A stretch of DNA of 63,188 nt, the filler included, from Rhabdomonas costata (Eukaryota): the NCBI GenBank assembly GCA_019059605.1. It is 32 parts of 32 records of this genome, joined end to end, with 100 filler letters (N's around TTAATTAATTAA, not from the genome) between each part and the next. Parts side by side here need not be neighbours in the genome. Positions count along the whole stretch, not along the records: positions 49,446 to 51,322 come from JAHMHO010007864.1; positions 51,423 to 53,299 come from JAHMHO010007865.1; positions 53,400 to 55,282 come from JAHMHO010007866.1; positions 55,383 to 57,259 come from JAHMHO010007867.1; positions 57,360 to 59,235 come from JAHMHO010007868.1; positions 59,336 to 61,212 come from JAHMHO010007869.1; 26 more parts are not named here. One strand, written 5' to 3'. The notes under the pieces were generated by a model. It searched no databases and was not told where the DNA came from. It saw only the letters and a list, made by a program, of their open reading frames with translations. Positions 50,318 through 61,312 of the stretch are shown in pieces. A program made the translations under genes and the position numbers. Positions within the stretch are counted from its first letter, which is position 1. Every line of letters begins with the position of its first letter.

Positions 50318-50743
50318 ATGGGCACAGTGGCGCGAAGCGTCTTCTCTTTTCTCCTCTTCTCCTTCTGTGAATGCATCTCTGTCTCCTTCCTGTTCAACCC
50401 TGGGCCAAACTGCACCGCTCCGGGCTCTCCGTTTGCGCTGTTCAACGAGAACTACCACGCGGGCCTCCTGCTGGGCCTCGCTGAGCTTTCCGGGAGCCGG
50501 CAGGTGGAGCTGGCGGGCCCTGGTTCTACAACCACCGCCCCACTGGCGGTCCTTGGAGGACTCTGTGGCAGCCCAGCTTCGGGGGCTGCCCTCGCGGGGT
50601 CTGCTGTGGTGATTGGGGAGCTTCTCGCCGATGCCGTGCGACTGGGACCTGGGTTTTTGGGTCCGGCACTACTGCCTCGCGCTTCCGCCCCAATGGTCGC
50701 TGCTCTTGAGCTCATTTTTGCAGACGCATACATCCCTGTGGGA
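50318..50743 (+). CDS. First exon of a secreted/membrane receptor-like protein (signal peptide)
   Basis: Long pyrimidine tract, AG at 50304-50305, ATG 12 nt later; signal peptide; NENYHAGLLLGLAE may begin a periplasmic-binding-type domain. Confidence 0.55.
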
Positions 50744-51762
50744 GTCCGTAAATGTGGAGGAGAATATTAAGGGATCAAAAGTTATCCGCTCCCAATGAAA
50801 TGTCTTGAGGCGCAGCCGCACAAACTGCACAAATGCTGGCATGAGCTCGAAGTGGGCGGCGAGGAGTCTTTCTTTCTTTCCGGAACCAACTTTTTGAGAA
50901 ACCACATCATTAAAACCGTGTAGAGCAAATATTTCTTTTTCGAAACAAGGCTTATAAGGTAGAAGGAGATTGCGAATTGCGAAGGAATACTTGCATAACC
51001 ATGTTTCCCCGCAAACACTGGTCGATGATCGTTTACTGGTGTTCGCATTCTTTCTGAACTCTTTTTAACTTGGGATGGCGAGGGGTTCGTCCTGGATCCT
51101 CTGCTTGACTGGTTGCCAAACACACGTAACAATTGGTAGTCTCTCTTTGAATGGTGTGGCATCACTTCCATTTCATTGCCCCCCCCCCTTTTTTTACGTT
51201 TCCCCTGAGTTGTGGGTGCGTCAAACTTTCCGGCTGCTGCGGGCAAGAAGCTTCACACGATTGTACAACATAAGGGAGACCCCAAAAATGGAAGTGACTG
51301 GCCTGGGGTGCCACCCCCAAAANNNNNNNNNNNNNNNNNNNNNNNNNNNNNNNNNNNNNNNNNNNNTTAATTAATTAANNNNNNNNNNNNNNNNNNNNNN
51401 NNNNNNNNNNNNNNNNNNNNNNTTGTTGTATGTGTGGGTGGTTTGACAGTCGAAAAGTGGTACCTTTGGTGATCTCGAGCCCTGGAAGAAGGAGTGAAGG
51501 GGGGCAATACGGAACTCATTACCGACATCACCAAAGGTACCACTTTTCGACTGTCAAACCACCCACACATACATTAACCATCAAGTAAAACAGTCATAAA
51601 ATGCAACTAACGCAACGGCCGTTTCTGGAAGCTGCATCCCGAGGAAGAACAGTTGTGTGCACCCCGAGACAATCGTTTTGCAAACTGCAATTCTTTCAGA
51701 GAAAAATGATTGCGCAGGGTTGTGGTCATGTCCGCTAGCCACCACTAAGCGTAAGCCGCACC

Positions 51763-53235
51763 CGGCATCTCCAGATGAACTACTCCTGGAGCCGCAGGCC
51801 GAGGTTGTGGGCCCAGGGCCCGGACGTACTCGTGAGGGGTCTCCCGCATCATCCAAAGGTGAGATTCCGGGGAGATGGTGCTCCCAGTCCATCTTCGGCG
51901 ACCAAGCTCACCACCTGAGTCGCGCATCCACATATCCCATTATCTCGCAACCAATAAAAAGTCACGCATCCTTCAGGGATTTCTCGGAATACTCTTAAAA
52001 CAAGTCAAGTGTCGGTTCAATTCCCCAAGCAAGAGCGATTTTTTGTGGGGACGGAACGTGACTAAAAAAGAAGTCAATCCTTGGAGTGTTCATCACAGCG
52101 GAGACATAATTATCTCTCTGAATTGACGGATTGACATATGGCGCTCCTCATGTGTTCGGAGTTGGGATCGTTGCAACAGACAGGAGAAGGCCGTGCACCC
52201 CAAGCACAGCAGAGAAATGATGCTTTCCGGGCCCACCTCTACGCCGATTATGCCTCTAACAAAAGGAACCCTGGCAAGCAGACAAAACCGTTCTCCAACT
52301 GCACTGGCACACCCCACAGAGTGGAAGCACCAACACTCTCACGGCGGAACAGCGGCACGACCAGCTCCTTGTGGAGCTTTTCGTACATCAGCCACCAGGT
52401 GTGGTAGGCCCGGCCAAACTCCAGGTAGAACCCGTCGAAATACTCCGGGGGGTCAAAGGGGTTGAACCACGGCTTGAAGCCCCCACGAAAATGGTACACC
52501 ACCACTTGGGCTGCGGGATCCGTGGCGGGCCGGTAGTCCGAGTATGTTTTAGGGAGCGGTTTGTAGCGGCCACCAAAGAAGTCGCGGATGATCTTCCCGT
52601 CTCTGGTGGAGACCCCTGGGGAAAGCAGGTTGCTCAGGTGGTGAATGTTTGACAACGCATTGACCCCCTCCTTATGGGTACCACTCATCCGCGGATACAG
52701 ATCGATGTTCGTTCAAGAGATTCGAAAAGAAGATTTAAGTTGGTTAGATAAGCTGCCCTTTGAACCTTGCTCCCTCCCCCACCGCTTCAAGGACCAGCTC
52801 CAAATCCAGGCCCATCCCCAATGAAAATATCCACATTCCATTACTTCTCCTCCTGTTTTTGCTTGCTCGAAGTGGACTGGTGCAGGACATTCTGCTTGCA
52901 AAGGGTCCAAAGGCAGTTTGTGAGAGGTCATTAACGTCAATGCGCACTCATACCTTTTCCCCTATAACTCAGCTCATCTAAAGATCTCATCTCAACAATG
53001 AAAGCTTAGCCCCCCCCTCCCGTTGACACCTCCATACAGCCTTGACTGCAATCCCGCTCGGAAGTGGGCCACCAGCCTCTCAAAGACCTTCCAGTCTGGG
53101 ATGACCACCAGGAAGCCTGTCGAGAAGTACCCCGAGCCCCCGAAGGCGCCAACCCAGGAGGAGTTCGGGAGCATAACGGCGAAGATACGGTCGGGATTCC
53201 GCAGCGCAATACAGTCCGCGTCAAAGTAGGCAATC
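51763..53235 (-). CDS. Glycosyltransferase family 8 (glycogenin-like), exons 53235-53030, 52615-~52315, ~51892-51763
   Basis: RIAYFDADCIALRNPDRIF (DxD), YFSTGFLVVIP, VYHFRGGFKPW; last junction uncertain. Confidence 0.88.
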
Positions 53236-53399
53236 CTAAGCAACCCAAAGCAATGCAAGAATGACCGCCAGGCCAAACATCCAGCACGCACAAACCCACN
53301 NNNNNNNNNNNNNNNNNNNNNNNNNNNNNNNNNNNNNNNNNNNTTAATTAATTAANNNNNNNNNNNNNNNNNNNNNNNNNNNNNNNNNNNNNNNNNNNN

Positions 53400-53760
53400 G
53401 TGTTGTGGGGGATGCACCGCAGACACATCGAACACTACGGGAGTGTTTCGCTGGACTGCATGAATTTGATGGCCACGCGTTGAGACTAAAACCAGGTGCA
53501 TCGTGTCATGCACGCACAACCCGTTGGCCCATGGAGATCCAACGGGACGGGAACGTACCCAAAGGCCTGGCAAGACAAGGCATGGTCCCCGAAGACGTCT
53601 TGCAAGGCTCTGCAACCAGTCGTTGCACCACAAGAAACAAACGCAGATGCGGGAAAGGGCCTGGGACTCATCCGCATTTTTCTTCAAAGTCGCATCCATC
53701 TGCCCAAGCCCAGGTACCCACAAGTGACGAATTACTTCATATCCTACTGGGTGCTTAGTT
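53400..53760 (-). mobile_element. Decayed 3' end of an RLE-type (CRE/R2-like) non-LTR retrotransposon
   Basis: Frameshifted C..GCRALQDVFGDHALSC zinc knuckle, VHDTMHLVL, VVFDVSAVHP. Confidence 0.6.
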
Positions 53761-54332
53761 CTGCGCATGATTTGTTTCTGTGTTAAGTTTTGTTTTCAGA
53801 GTATTTTGGAGTACTCTTACGAGTAAACAAGTGCAAAGGACTTTGAAACACTCAAAAAGAGGAGTCGCCCGACAGGATTTTTATGTCGTTTTAGTTGCCT
53901 GTTTTCTTTGATGGTGGTGGTGCGTCCTTGGAATGAAGACTTTGATTTTGTCGGGTGGCTGTCCCATTTTTTTGGATTTTGGACCATCCTCCTTCATTCG
54001 CGGAGGACCCTGGGGTTGCCAACGGTTCCAACGGTGTCCCTTTGTGCTCCCGAGGGAGAGGGAGGACCCAGTGCGAAGAGGTACAAGCGGACCGTTCAGA
54101 GGTGGCACGCTTCCACCAAAGGAAAAACCCATCCGAAAGAAAAGCTCAAGGATCACCCCAGCCCCGTGTGGAGTCGCAAAGCATTTGAGCAATGCAGGCC
54201 CCTGGAAAAGAGCAGCTGCACGACAATGGCCCGGGTCCGTGGGGCAGAAGGTTACCATACGTGGAACGTTCGGCGTGAGCCGGTTCTGGTCCCCACGACA
54301 CCGTTTGCGCCAACAGCCAGCTCGGAATGCGC

Positions 54333-54335
<3 letters not shown>

Positions 54336-54372
<37 letters not shown>
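54336..54372 (+). repeat. (CA)n microsatellite
   Basis: Direct reading. Confidence 0.97.
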
Positions 54373-54376
<4 letters not shown>

Positions 54377-55659
54377 AAGAAGAAGGATGATGGAAAGAAA
54401 AGCGGCCCCTAACCTATGAAGCGCATGGCGCGCAGCCTGCGTTCTTGCACAGAGGGTCCCATATCACTGTTGTCAAACCCTAAAACCCTAATGTGCAAAA
54501 ACGCGCTGAAGAAATTGTGTCCTACCCCAACCCGGCGCCCAACACTGGGCCGAGAAACCCTTGTCGGTTTGTGGTGCATTTGGCCCACTCCACTCCCAAC
54601 CCAGAATGCGGGGAAGAAGTGCAAAGATCCGCCCATCCTGCGGCTTCACACCCACAATTGTGTACCAGTGGGGGCCACGAGAACCACCACACCTCAACCC
54701 AGAGCGTTGCTGGTGAGGACATCAAGCCACCATTGGTAAGCAGGCAACTCACTCAAATGCACGACGCACGCCACCGGATGAGCGACAGCTGGTACTCGCG
54801 CTCCTGGTCCGAGGAGCAAAAGGGGGAGGGTGCTGAGGCAACCCAAAGCGGTGGTTGTGCAACGCCCACGCACTCGAGTAAGTGGGGGCGGGCACACGAC
54901 GAGCAACGCAGACTCCAACAAAGACAACAAACCCAACGTTCCACCCCGACACCGCTCTCTCCCAGACCACTCGAGGGCCGAACACACGAATACACCTCAA
55001 TAGCGAAATGAAGGTGACAGTAGTGGTGAACAAGCAAACATGGTAACGAGAGAAGAGATACCCAAACGGGCATCATCCACAAAAGGTTAGCAGAGGCAGG
55101 TTTTTTCTTTGACTTAGGGACAATTTGTGTATGTTTGCGCGATATGTAGACAGATAAGAAACACACGCTTCCGTCTCAAAGATGATCTTTTCTGTTCCAC
55201 TGGGGCCTCGCCATTTTCTGGAAACAGTGTGAGTTCGTCGATCATCTTTAATCCCAAAGGTTTTGGGAGTTCCACCAACCCCNNNNNNNNNNNNNNNNNN
55301 NNNNNNNNNNNNNNNNNNNNNNNNNNTTAATTAATTAANNNNNNNNNNNNNNNNNNNNNNNNNNNNNNNNNNNNNNNNNNNNACTTTAATGTTAGTGGCA
55401 TTTTTTATAGAAAAGGGGGTATTAAACTTTATGACGTCTTCTTATGCGATGCAGTCCATCAAATTGTAGCCTTGACGAACACAGCTGGTAGGTTTCACGT
55501 TTCTGTGAGAGTTCAGGCACCCGAGGCGATGTCATTCCACTCACCCTTTTGGCAGTGCACTCTTCTTTCCATCTCTTTTTCTTTTCTCCTGCCTCTATTC
55601 AACACTTGTCTTTTGCTTTCTGAGCATACCTGTTTTTCTGTTGTTGTGTGATCACCTTG

Positions 55660-57135
55660 ATGCGCCGCACCTTTCCCCTGTGGATATGCTTTGTCCTGGC
55701 CGTGGTTGTCTTTACGGGCGCCTTCGCCGGCAGCCTGTGGACGACCCTGAACCAGGCCGCGGTGTCCTCGGTGGACGAGATCTCCACCATCTTCCAGGCA
55801 AACGTAATGCATGGCCTGGAGTTTCGTTTGCAGAGTGTTCTGGATGAAATGACGCTGCTTCTTAATGGCTGGGTTTCCTTTCCTGATGTGGAGCGCAGCT
55901 CAAAGCAGAACGTCTTCACCTACACCACTCGCCTCTTGGCCAAAACTCCTGCCATGCTAGGGCTGTACAAGGCCACTCCCGATGGGGAAATTATCGGAGC
56001 AGGTCGCCAGTCCGACAACCTTGAAGTTGGCTACCGGCCTCCTTCAGCTATGGGCACAGTAAAGAACTTGACGTACTGGAATTATAATGGCACTGTCGGC
56101 GACGTGTACCTCACGACTCCATTTGAAGCCCGTGTGCAGCCAGTTTACCGCTATGCCATCGCTGCACAGGGCCCAGTTTTCAGTTACACGTTGCCGACTG
56201 CGATTTCCGGCCCGAAGAACATCTACGTGTCCTCTGCTCTTAACAACTCAAACCATACCCTGGGTGGAGTGTTTGCAATATATTTCCCATTCTCCGCGCT
56301 CGCCGACCAGCTCGTCTCAGCGCACCGTGAGCTGCGCAGCTCGGGAATTATGTTGCTGATGGAGCAGAACACAGGCATGCCGATTGCTACCGCCACGGCC
56401 AGCCCTACCACCCTGGACACCGATATTGCGGAGATCCAAGCCATTGTTCAGGGAAACACGCAGAGCTACAGCGCACAGCACACGCGGCTGCGAACTTTTG
56501 GCGGTGCGGTGGTGCTTCAGGCGCTTATCTCCCCGACCCAGGCCAGCGGTCTGCACTGGAAGGTTGTAGTTGTGCTTCCAGATGCGGATTACTACAGCAA
56601 GATTTGGCACCAGAATGTCGTGACTGGTGCGGTGGCGGGCGGCATTCTACTGGGCTTCCTGTTGATTTTGATAGTGATGTCGCACTTCCTGGTTAGCCGT
56701 CCTCTTCGGATGCTGGAGCGGCACATCGACCAAATGCGGGTGACCTTGCTCGGTTGGGATGGTCTCGGTGTGGTCGAAGCGTCTGCAAGGAATCAGCAGC
56801 AGCACGACAGCAGCCCCGTTGAGTTGCCTGCTGTGGCTCCCGAAATGATGGGCACTGTATGCAATCTTGACCTTCTGGCAGTCGGTGCTCAGGCGCAAGG
56901 CTTGGGCTGCAGCAGCTTTTTCACTGAAGTCAAAGCGCTGTACGGCAGTGTGGTAGCTGCCCTGGAGGCCACCTCGGAGGTGAGTCAGCAGCGTGCCATG
57001 GAGGCGTCACAGACGGCAGAGCTGAGGAGGGCCGAGGAGCAAACCCGCGCGCTGATGAGAGCCAAGGAGAGTTTCTTCGCAGTGATGTCTCACGAGATGC
57101 GCACGCCATTGACGGCGTGCATTGGGATGGCGGAG
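55660..57135 (+). CDS. Transmembrane sensor histidine kinase (TM-Cache-TM-HAMP-HisKA), 1476-nt first exon
   Basis: TM1, FEARVQPVYRYA..PVFSY, LHWKVVVVLPDADYY, TM2, VSRPLRML, H-box AKESFFAVMSHEMRTPLTACIGMAE, then probable donor gttgct. Confidence 0.92.
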
Positions 57136-57602
57136 GTTGCTTTACTAGCTACGCATCGAAAGAGCATCTTGAAGCGGAGTCTTAATTTGGCGAATTCTTC
57201 ACGTTAGTTTCCTGGTCGTAGCATACGGCAACCGCGATGTGGTATCGATATTGATCACCNNNNNNNNNNNNNNNNNNNNNNNNNNNNNNNNNNNNNNNNN
57301 NNNTTAATTAATTAANNNNNNNNNNNNNNNNNNNNNNNNNNNNNNNNNNNNNNNNNNNNTGTGTTGGGTAGTTCTGGAGTTTGGGGGGTGGAGGGCATTT
57401 CCGAGCCCCTAATCCAGGGCCGAGGGGGTAGTTTATGGCCCTGGATGAACTCATCAAGCCGTAAGACTCATGAGCATCGATGTCAATGAAGTAACCCCAC
57501 CCCCATTTTTGAGCCAGCCCGGACGCCCTGCCCGCCACTCATAGGAGAGCTCCGGGGACTCCCTGAACAGCTAAAAAAAGTGTACATTTATTTGATGACA
57601 AG

Positions 57603-58022
57603 AGGAAGAAATCTAATCAATTTTGGTGAGGATTTCGAACCTGATGATCGATAGACCATGAGCCCAGGCGCATGTGCGCGCCGAGAAATGAAAAAACTCT
57701 CACGACAACTTCAGCAAACAATGCGAACCGCAAAGAACATTCATACACACACAAACACACACACTTTGTTCTAGTCCTTTCCGAGGGGAAAAGACCACGG
57801 AAATACACAACAAAAAAGGACAAACGTCTTCAGCTGCACAACTTACAAGGAATGCAGGCGCAGTTTCTGTCCGTCCTGACTAGACACACACACAGGAGCC
57901 CCATTACCCCAAAACTAAGGGTAAACACAGCCAATAGGAAGAAATCTAATCAATTTTGGTGAGGATTTCGGACCTGATGACCGACTTTCGACCTTTAGCT
58001 CAGGTGAGTGTGCACGCCGAAA
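57603..58022. repeat. Diverged ~85-bp direct repeat (57603-57686 and 57936-58022)
   Basis: AGGAAGAAATCTAATCAATTTTGGTGAGGATTTCGRACCTGATGAYCGA is shared; 333-nt offset. Confidence 0.9.
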
Positions 58023-58129
58023 ACTGCAGCGACAATAAGCCACTCGCAGCGCGGAGGTTATTCAATCACACACCAAGGAGGTGACGGGTGAAGTGCCCCC
58101 ATACAGCGCTTGACGATGGAATACGTCAT

Positions 58130-58941
58130 TCACTGCTGAGACACCTGCCCCTGCACCTGCACTTGCATCTGCACTTGCAGCATCTGCAGCTGCTCCAGCG
58201 GGGGATGCCAGTACTTGCACTTCCACCGCCGCTCGTTGCACTTGCCCTGTGGGTGGGATTTATCATGTGTGTATGTTTGATAAGGAAGTGGTGAAGGGGT
58301 GGGGCATCCACCGATCGATCATGCACATGCCGCAGACAAGACGCAGGCACAGAGGTCGGGAGGGACGGCATGTCTCTGGTGTGTCTCTGGTGTACTTCGG
58401 GGGAATACGATTCGATCAATTGAGGACAGGCGGACTTCCGGCGTGAGGGAATCCTGCTGGGAACAGGGGGACAGCAGCGGATTCATCATCCGCACAAAAA
58501 ATGGAGGCACGTCATGTGCATCTAAGAAGTGGGCTTGAAAAGGTTGTGCAAGGTTGCTGGCCTTGGTCTTCTGGCTTGTTCAAAGTGGAGCCCACTGGTG
58601 TTGCTGTTGCGCAGGAATCGCACTCGTTAGTGATAGAGCTGACTGAGCTGGAAAGCTCTCTTTGGGAGGTGCGACCTTCTGGAACACCATCCGTGGACAA
58701 AAGCCAACACCATCCATTGGTCGGGTAATTCCGTGCTGAATGGTGAGGAGAAGGAGGAGGAGTCGACACCGGGCTGAATGGAAGCTGCACACCCATTGGG
58801 TAAAGAATACGAAAAGGATGGGAAATTTGAAGCGAAGCCAGGATGCACCTTGACGTAATCCCGGCACAGAACGTGGCTGAAGTCCGGCTTCTTGGCGCGA
58901 ATGGTCTTCAGAGGCTCAAAGGGCACCGGGGACATCGTGCC
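58130..58941 (-). CDS. CCCH zinc-finger (Muscleblind-type) protein, last exons 58941-58849 and 58246-58130
   Basis: VLCRDYVK|GKCNERRWKCKYWHPP (C-x7-C-x6-C-x3-H), Q/V-rich tail, TGA stop. Confidence 0.82.
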
Positions 58942-59583
58942 CTGCGTGCCAGCGGTGAGGAGGGGGACAGAGGGGAATGAGGACAATCATCAAAAGTAAA
59001 TCCGGATAACGGGCAATCAGGACTATAAAATGCAAACTTGTGGCCAAAGGTTCAGCAGAAAAAAGCACAAGAAAAATGTATCCTTATGGGTGACTTAGTG
59101 GCGTTGGAGAGAAAACATTCTTCCACAAAGAGAAAAGCACACACGCGCAGGCCACACACATCGTGCAATTGGACAAGACTACTTTTTTCTGTGGAAGGCC
59201 CGCGTTTCTCTTCCCTCCCGAGCTACCCAACCCCCNNNNNNNNNNNNNNNNNNNNNNNNNNNNNNNNNNNNNNNNNNNNTTAATTAATTAANNNNNNNNN
59301 NNNNNNNNNNNNNNNNNNNNNNNNNNNNNNNNNNNGGTTTGGGTGGGCTGCAGCAGGCCGACGATGAGTGGATGTACCAGCTGAAGGAGAAGGTGTCTCT
59401 TGCTGTATTCTCATGTGACCATTGGTTGTTGGGGTTCAAGGGGAAGCCTTGTTGTAGACCTGAAAAACCTCTTTCCAAAGGAGCACGGCAATTCTTTCGG
59501 GCTTCAAAACACCAGACATCTCGCGCTCGTCCCACTGCGCTTATGCATAGGAGAATGAAAGGGCCCAGCATGTGCGCTTCGAG

Positions 59584-59829
59584 CTGGGAGTGAAGGCCCT
59601 GCTGTCGCAGGCGAGCACGGACAGCGGAACCGTTGCAAGCTCCGCTGAGGCCGTGGCTCACTTCGAGGCCCACCTCGGGGTGCTGCCCGAGGACCCTGCC
59701 GGGCGGTGGTACCGCGAGAACGCCGCGAATTGGGCAGGCCTTAGGCACCCGAAGTGGGGCCAGGCCACCCCTCTATTCCTGCAGCTTCTGACCCTGCCCA
59801 CCGCCGCTGTCACGTCACCGGCGCCGTAA
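59584..59829 (+). CDS. Terminal exon, possibly the TPR-like C-terminal tail of a class III cyclase
   Basis: AEAVAHFEAHLGVLPEDPAGRWYRE..PKWG..TAA; short upstream exon at ~59340-59392. Confidence 0.45.
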   Translation: MGVKALLSQASTDSGTVASSAEAVAHFEAHLGVLPEDPAGRWYRENAANWAGLRHPKWGQATPLFLQLLTLPTAAVTSPAP

Positions 59830-61312
59830 GCTTGAAGTTGGAGTGAGATGCAGGCAGCTTATACGGGAGGGTGGGTATAGAAGCATGGTTGCGCAGAGAC
59901 CCTTGCGCACCGGCCAAGTGTTTTTGTGGCTTCGCTCAGTGCACCTTTTTTCCCACCATACTTCAGACTTTTCACCGACCACACTGCATCTCGTGAGCGA
60001 TTTGGTCACACCACAATTGCATCCTCAATCTTATCGTTAGACTTCTCGCTCACCCACCTACATATACACACATCCCCAATACTCGCTAGCTGGGTGGTGC
60101 GATAGTTCGCCAGGGCTCGCAGATGCACGCACTTGCAAGTCAGGTGCGCCGCAATCACCACCTGCAACCTCTCGTTCTCAAATGTCACGTAACTGCACTC
60201 TCGTTTCTGAGGAGAAACCAGGCTGCAAAGCAATTCTGCCTCCTTTTCGTCAGCCTGCGGCGTTGGGTGCTGTGGTCGCGCTGTTGGGGAGGAATTCCGC
60301 GGGTGTCATCCATATTGATTTGGGTGTAATGGGCGGGAGACGTAGCTCCACCAACCATGTTAGCACTAAATCCGGTGTAAGTGCCGTTTCCATGCTTGCG
60401 CATTTTCTTGTGGCACCAACGTCAAGAACCATTGTTCCCCCCATCTATGAGTGCTTCTAACACTTAGGGTGATATAGCCTTGGACTCCTTTTGGGAAACG
60501 AGTGGAAGTTTCTGTTTTGTGCGCCATTTTGTACCTAATTTTAAACGGGTGCGGGGTAATCGGTTCTAGCTCTGCAAGCCTGTTGAAAGATTTCACTTGC
60601 CAAAGAGGCAGTGGTTTCTTATGAATATGGGATGTGGTGTTTTATCCTCCTTGACTTGAGCTCGCCGAGCATGCGTGTCTTCCACGATGCAGTAGTAGCA
60701 GTGTTGAAAGGCGGGGGGAGGAGGTCAATTTTTTAGGAGCTCGTGCACGGTACAGAATCCCTCTGAAAAGGAAAGGAGGCGGTTTTTCGTTTGTGTTTCC
60801 CCGCCCATGTTCTGCGCCTGGCTTTTGCTTTGGCTCCCTCCCCTTCATCCTTCCCGCTTGCTTTCTGACGTGTATTTGTGTTATGCACTCTACTCCCGCC
60901 GTGGTGCGCGAGGTCATCTTTCGCTTTTCTTGTTTTTGTGTTCAAAGCCCCCCCGCCCGGGTTTTGTAGCCCCGTCCGTGAAACCCTGGTCAAACCTTGT
61001 TACCCTGGGGATTCCACCCCTTCGTTGGCGGCGGCTCTCTGCCCTGATTTTCGTTTTTATTCCTTTCCGTGCGCTTTTTTATGTAGCCTCTCTTATTTCC
61101 CCTCCGCTTTCTTTTTTTGGGCATGATGTGTATCGACCATCTTGTGCGGTCCGACCTTCCGTTCCGACCTCTTCAGTCCGTCCCGTAAGTCTCCCTCTCC
61201 CGCCCACCACCCNNNNNNNNNNNNNNNNNNNNNNNNNNNNNNNNNNNNNNNNNNNNTTAATTAATTAANNNNNNNNNNNNNNNNNNNNNNNNNNNNNNNN
61301 NNNNNNNNNNNN

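Noticed and set aside
51427..51573. Perfect 47-bp inverted repeat (51427-51473 and 51527-51573)
   Set aside because: Contig-terminal fold-back with the same artefact pattern; not accepted as a miRNA or MITE without read support.
9098..58132. Possible reassigned genetic code explaining the short ORFs
   Set aside because: Genes end with TAA (9098), TAG (36008) and TGA (58130), and introns explain the fragmentation.
59572..59829. N-terminal methyltransferase (NTM1) call from WYRENAANW
   Set aside because: The ORF stops soon after with no SAM-binding motif; a cyclase-tail reading fits better.
1880..61312. Regularly spaced TTAATTAATTAA repeat (array-like) and ORFs ending XXX-LIN
   Set aside because: Artificial concatenation linker; the even spacing reflects contigs of near-equal length.
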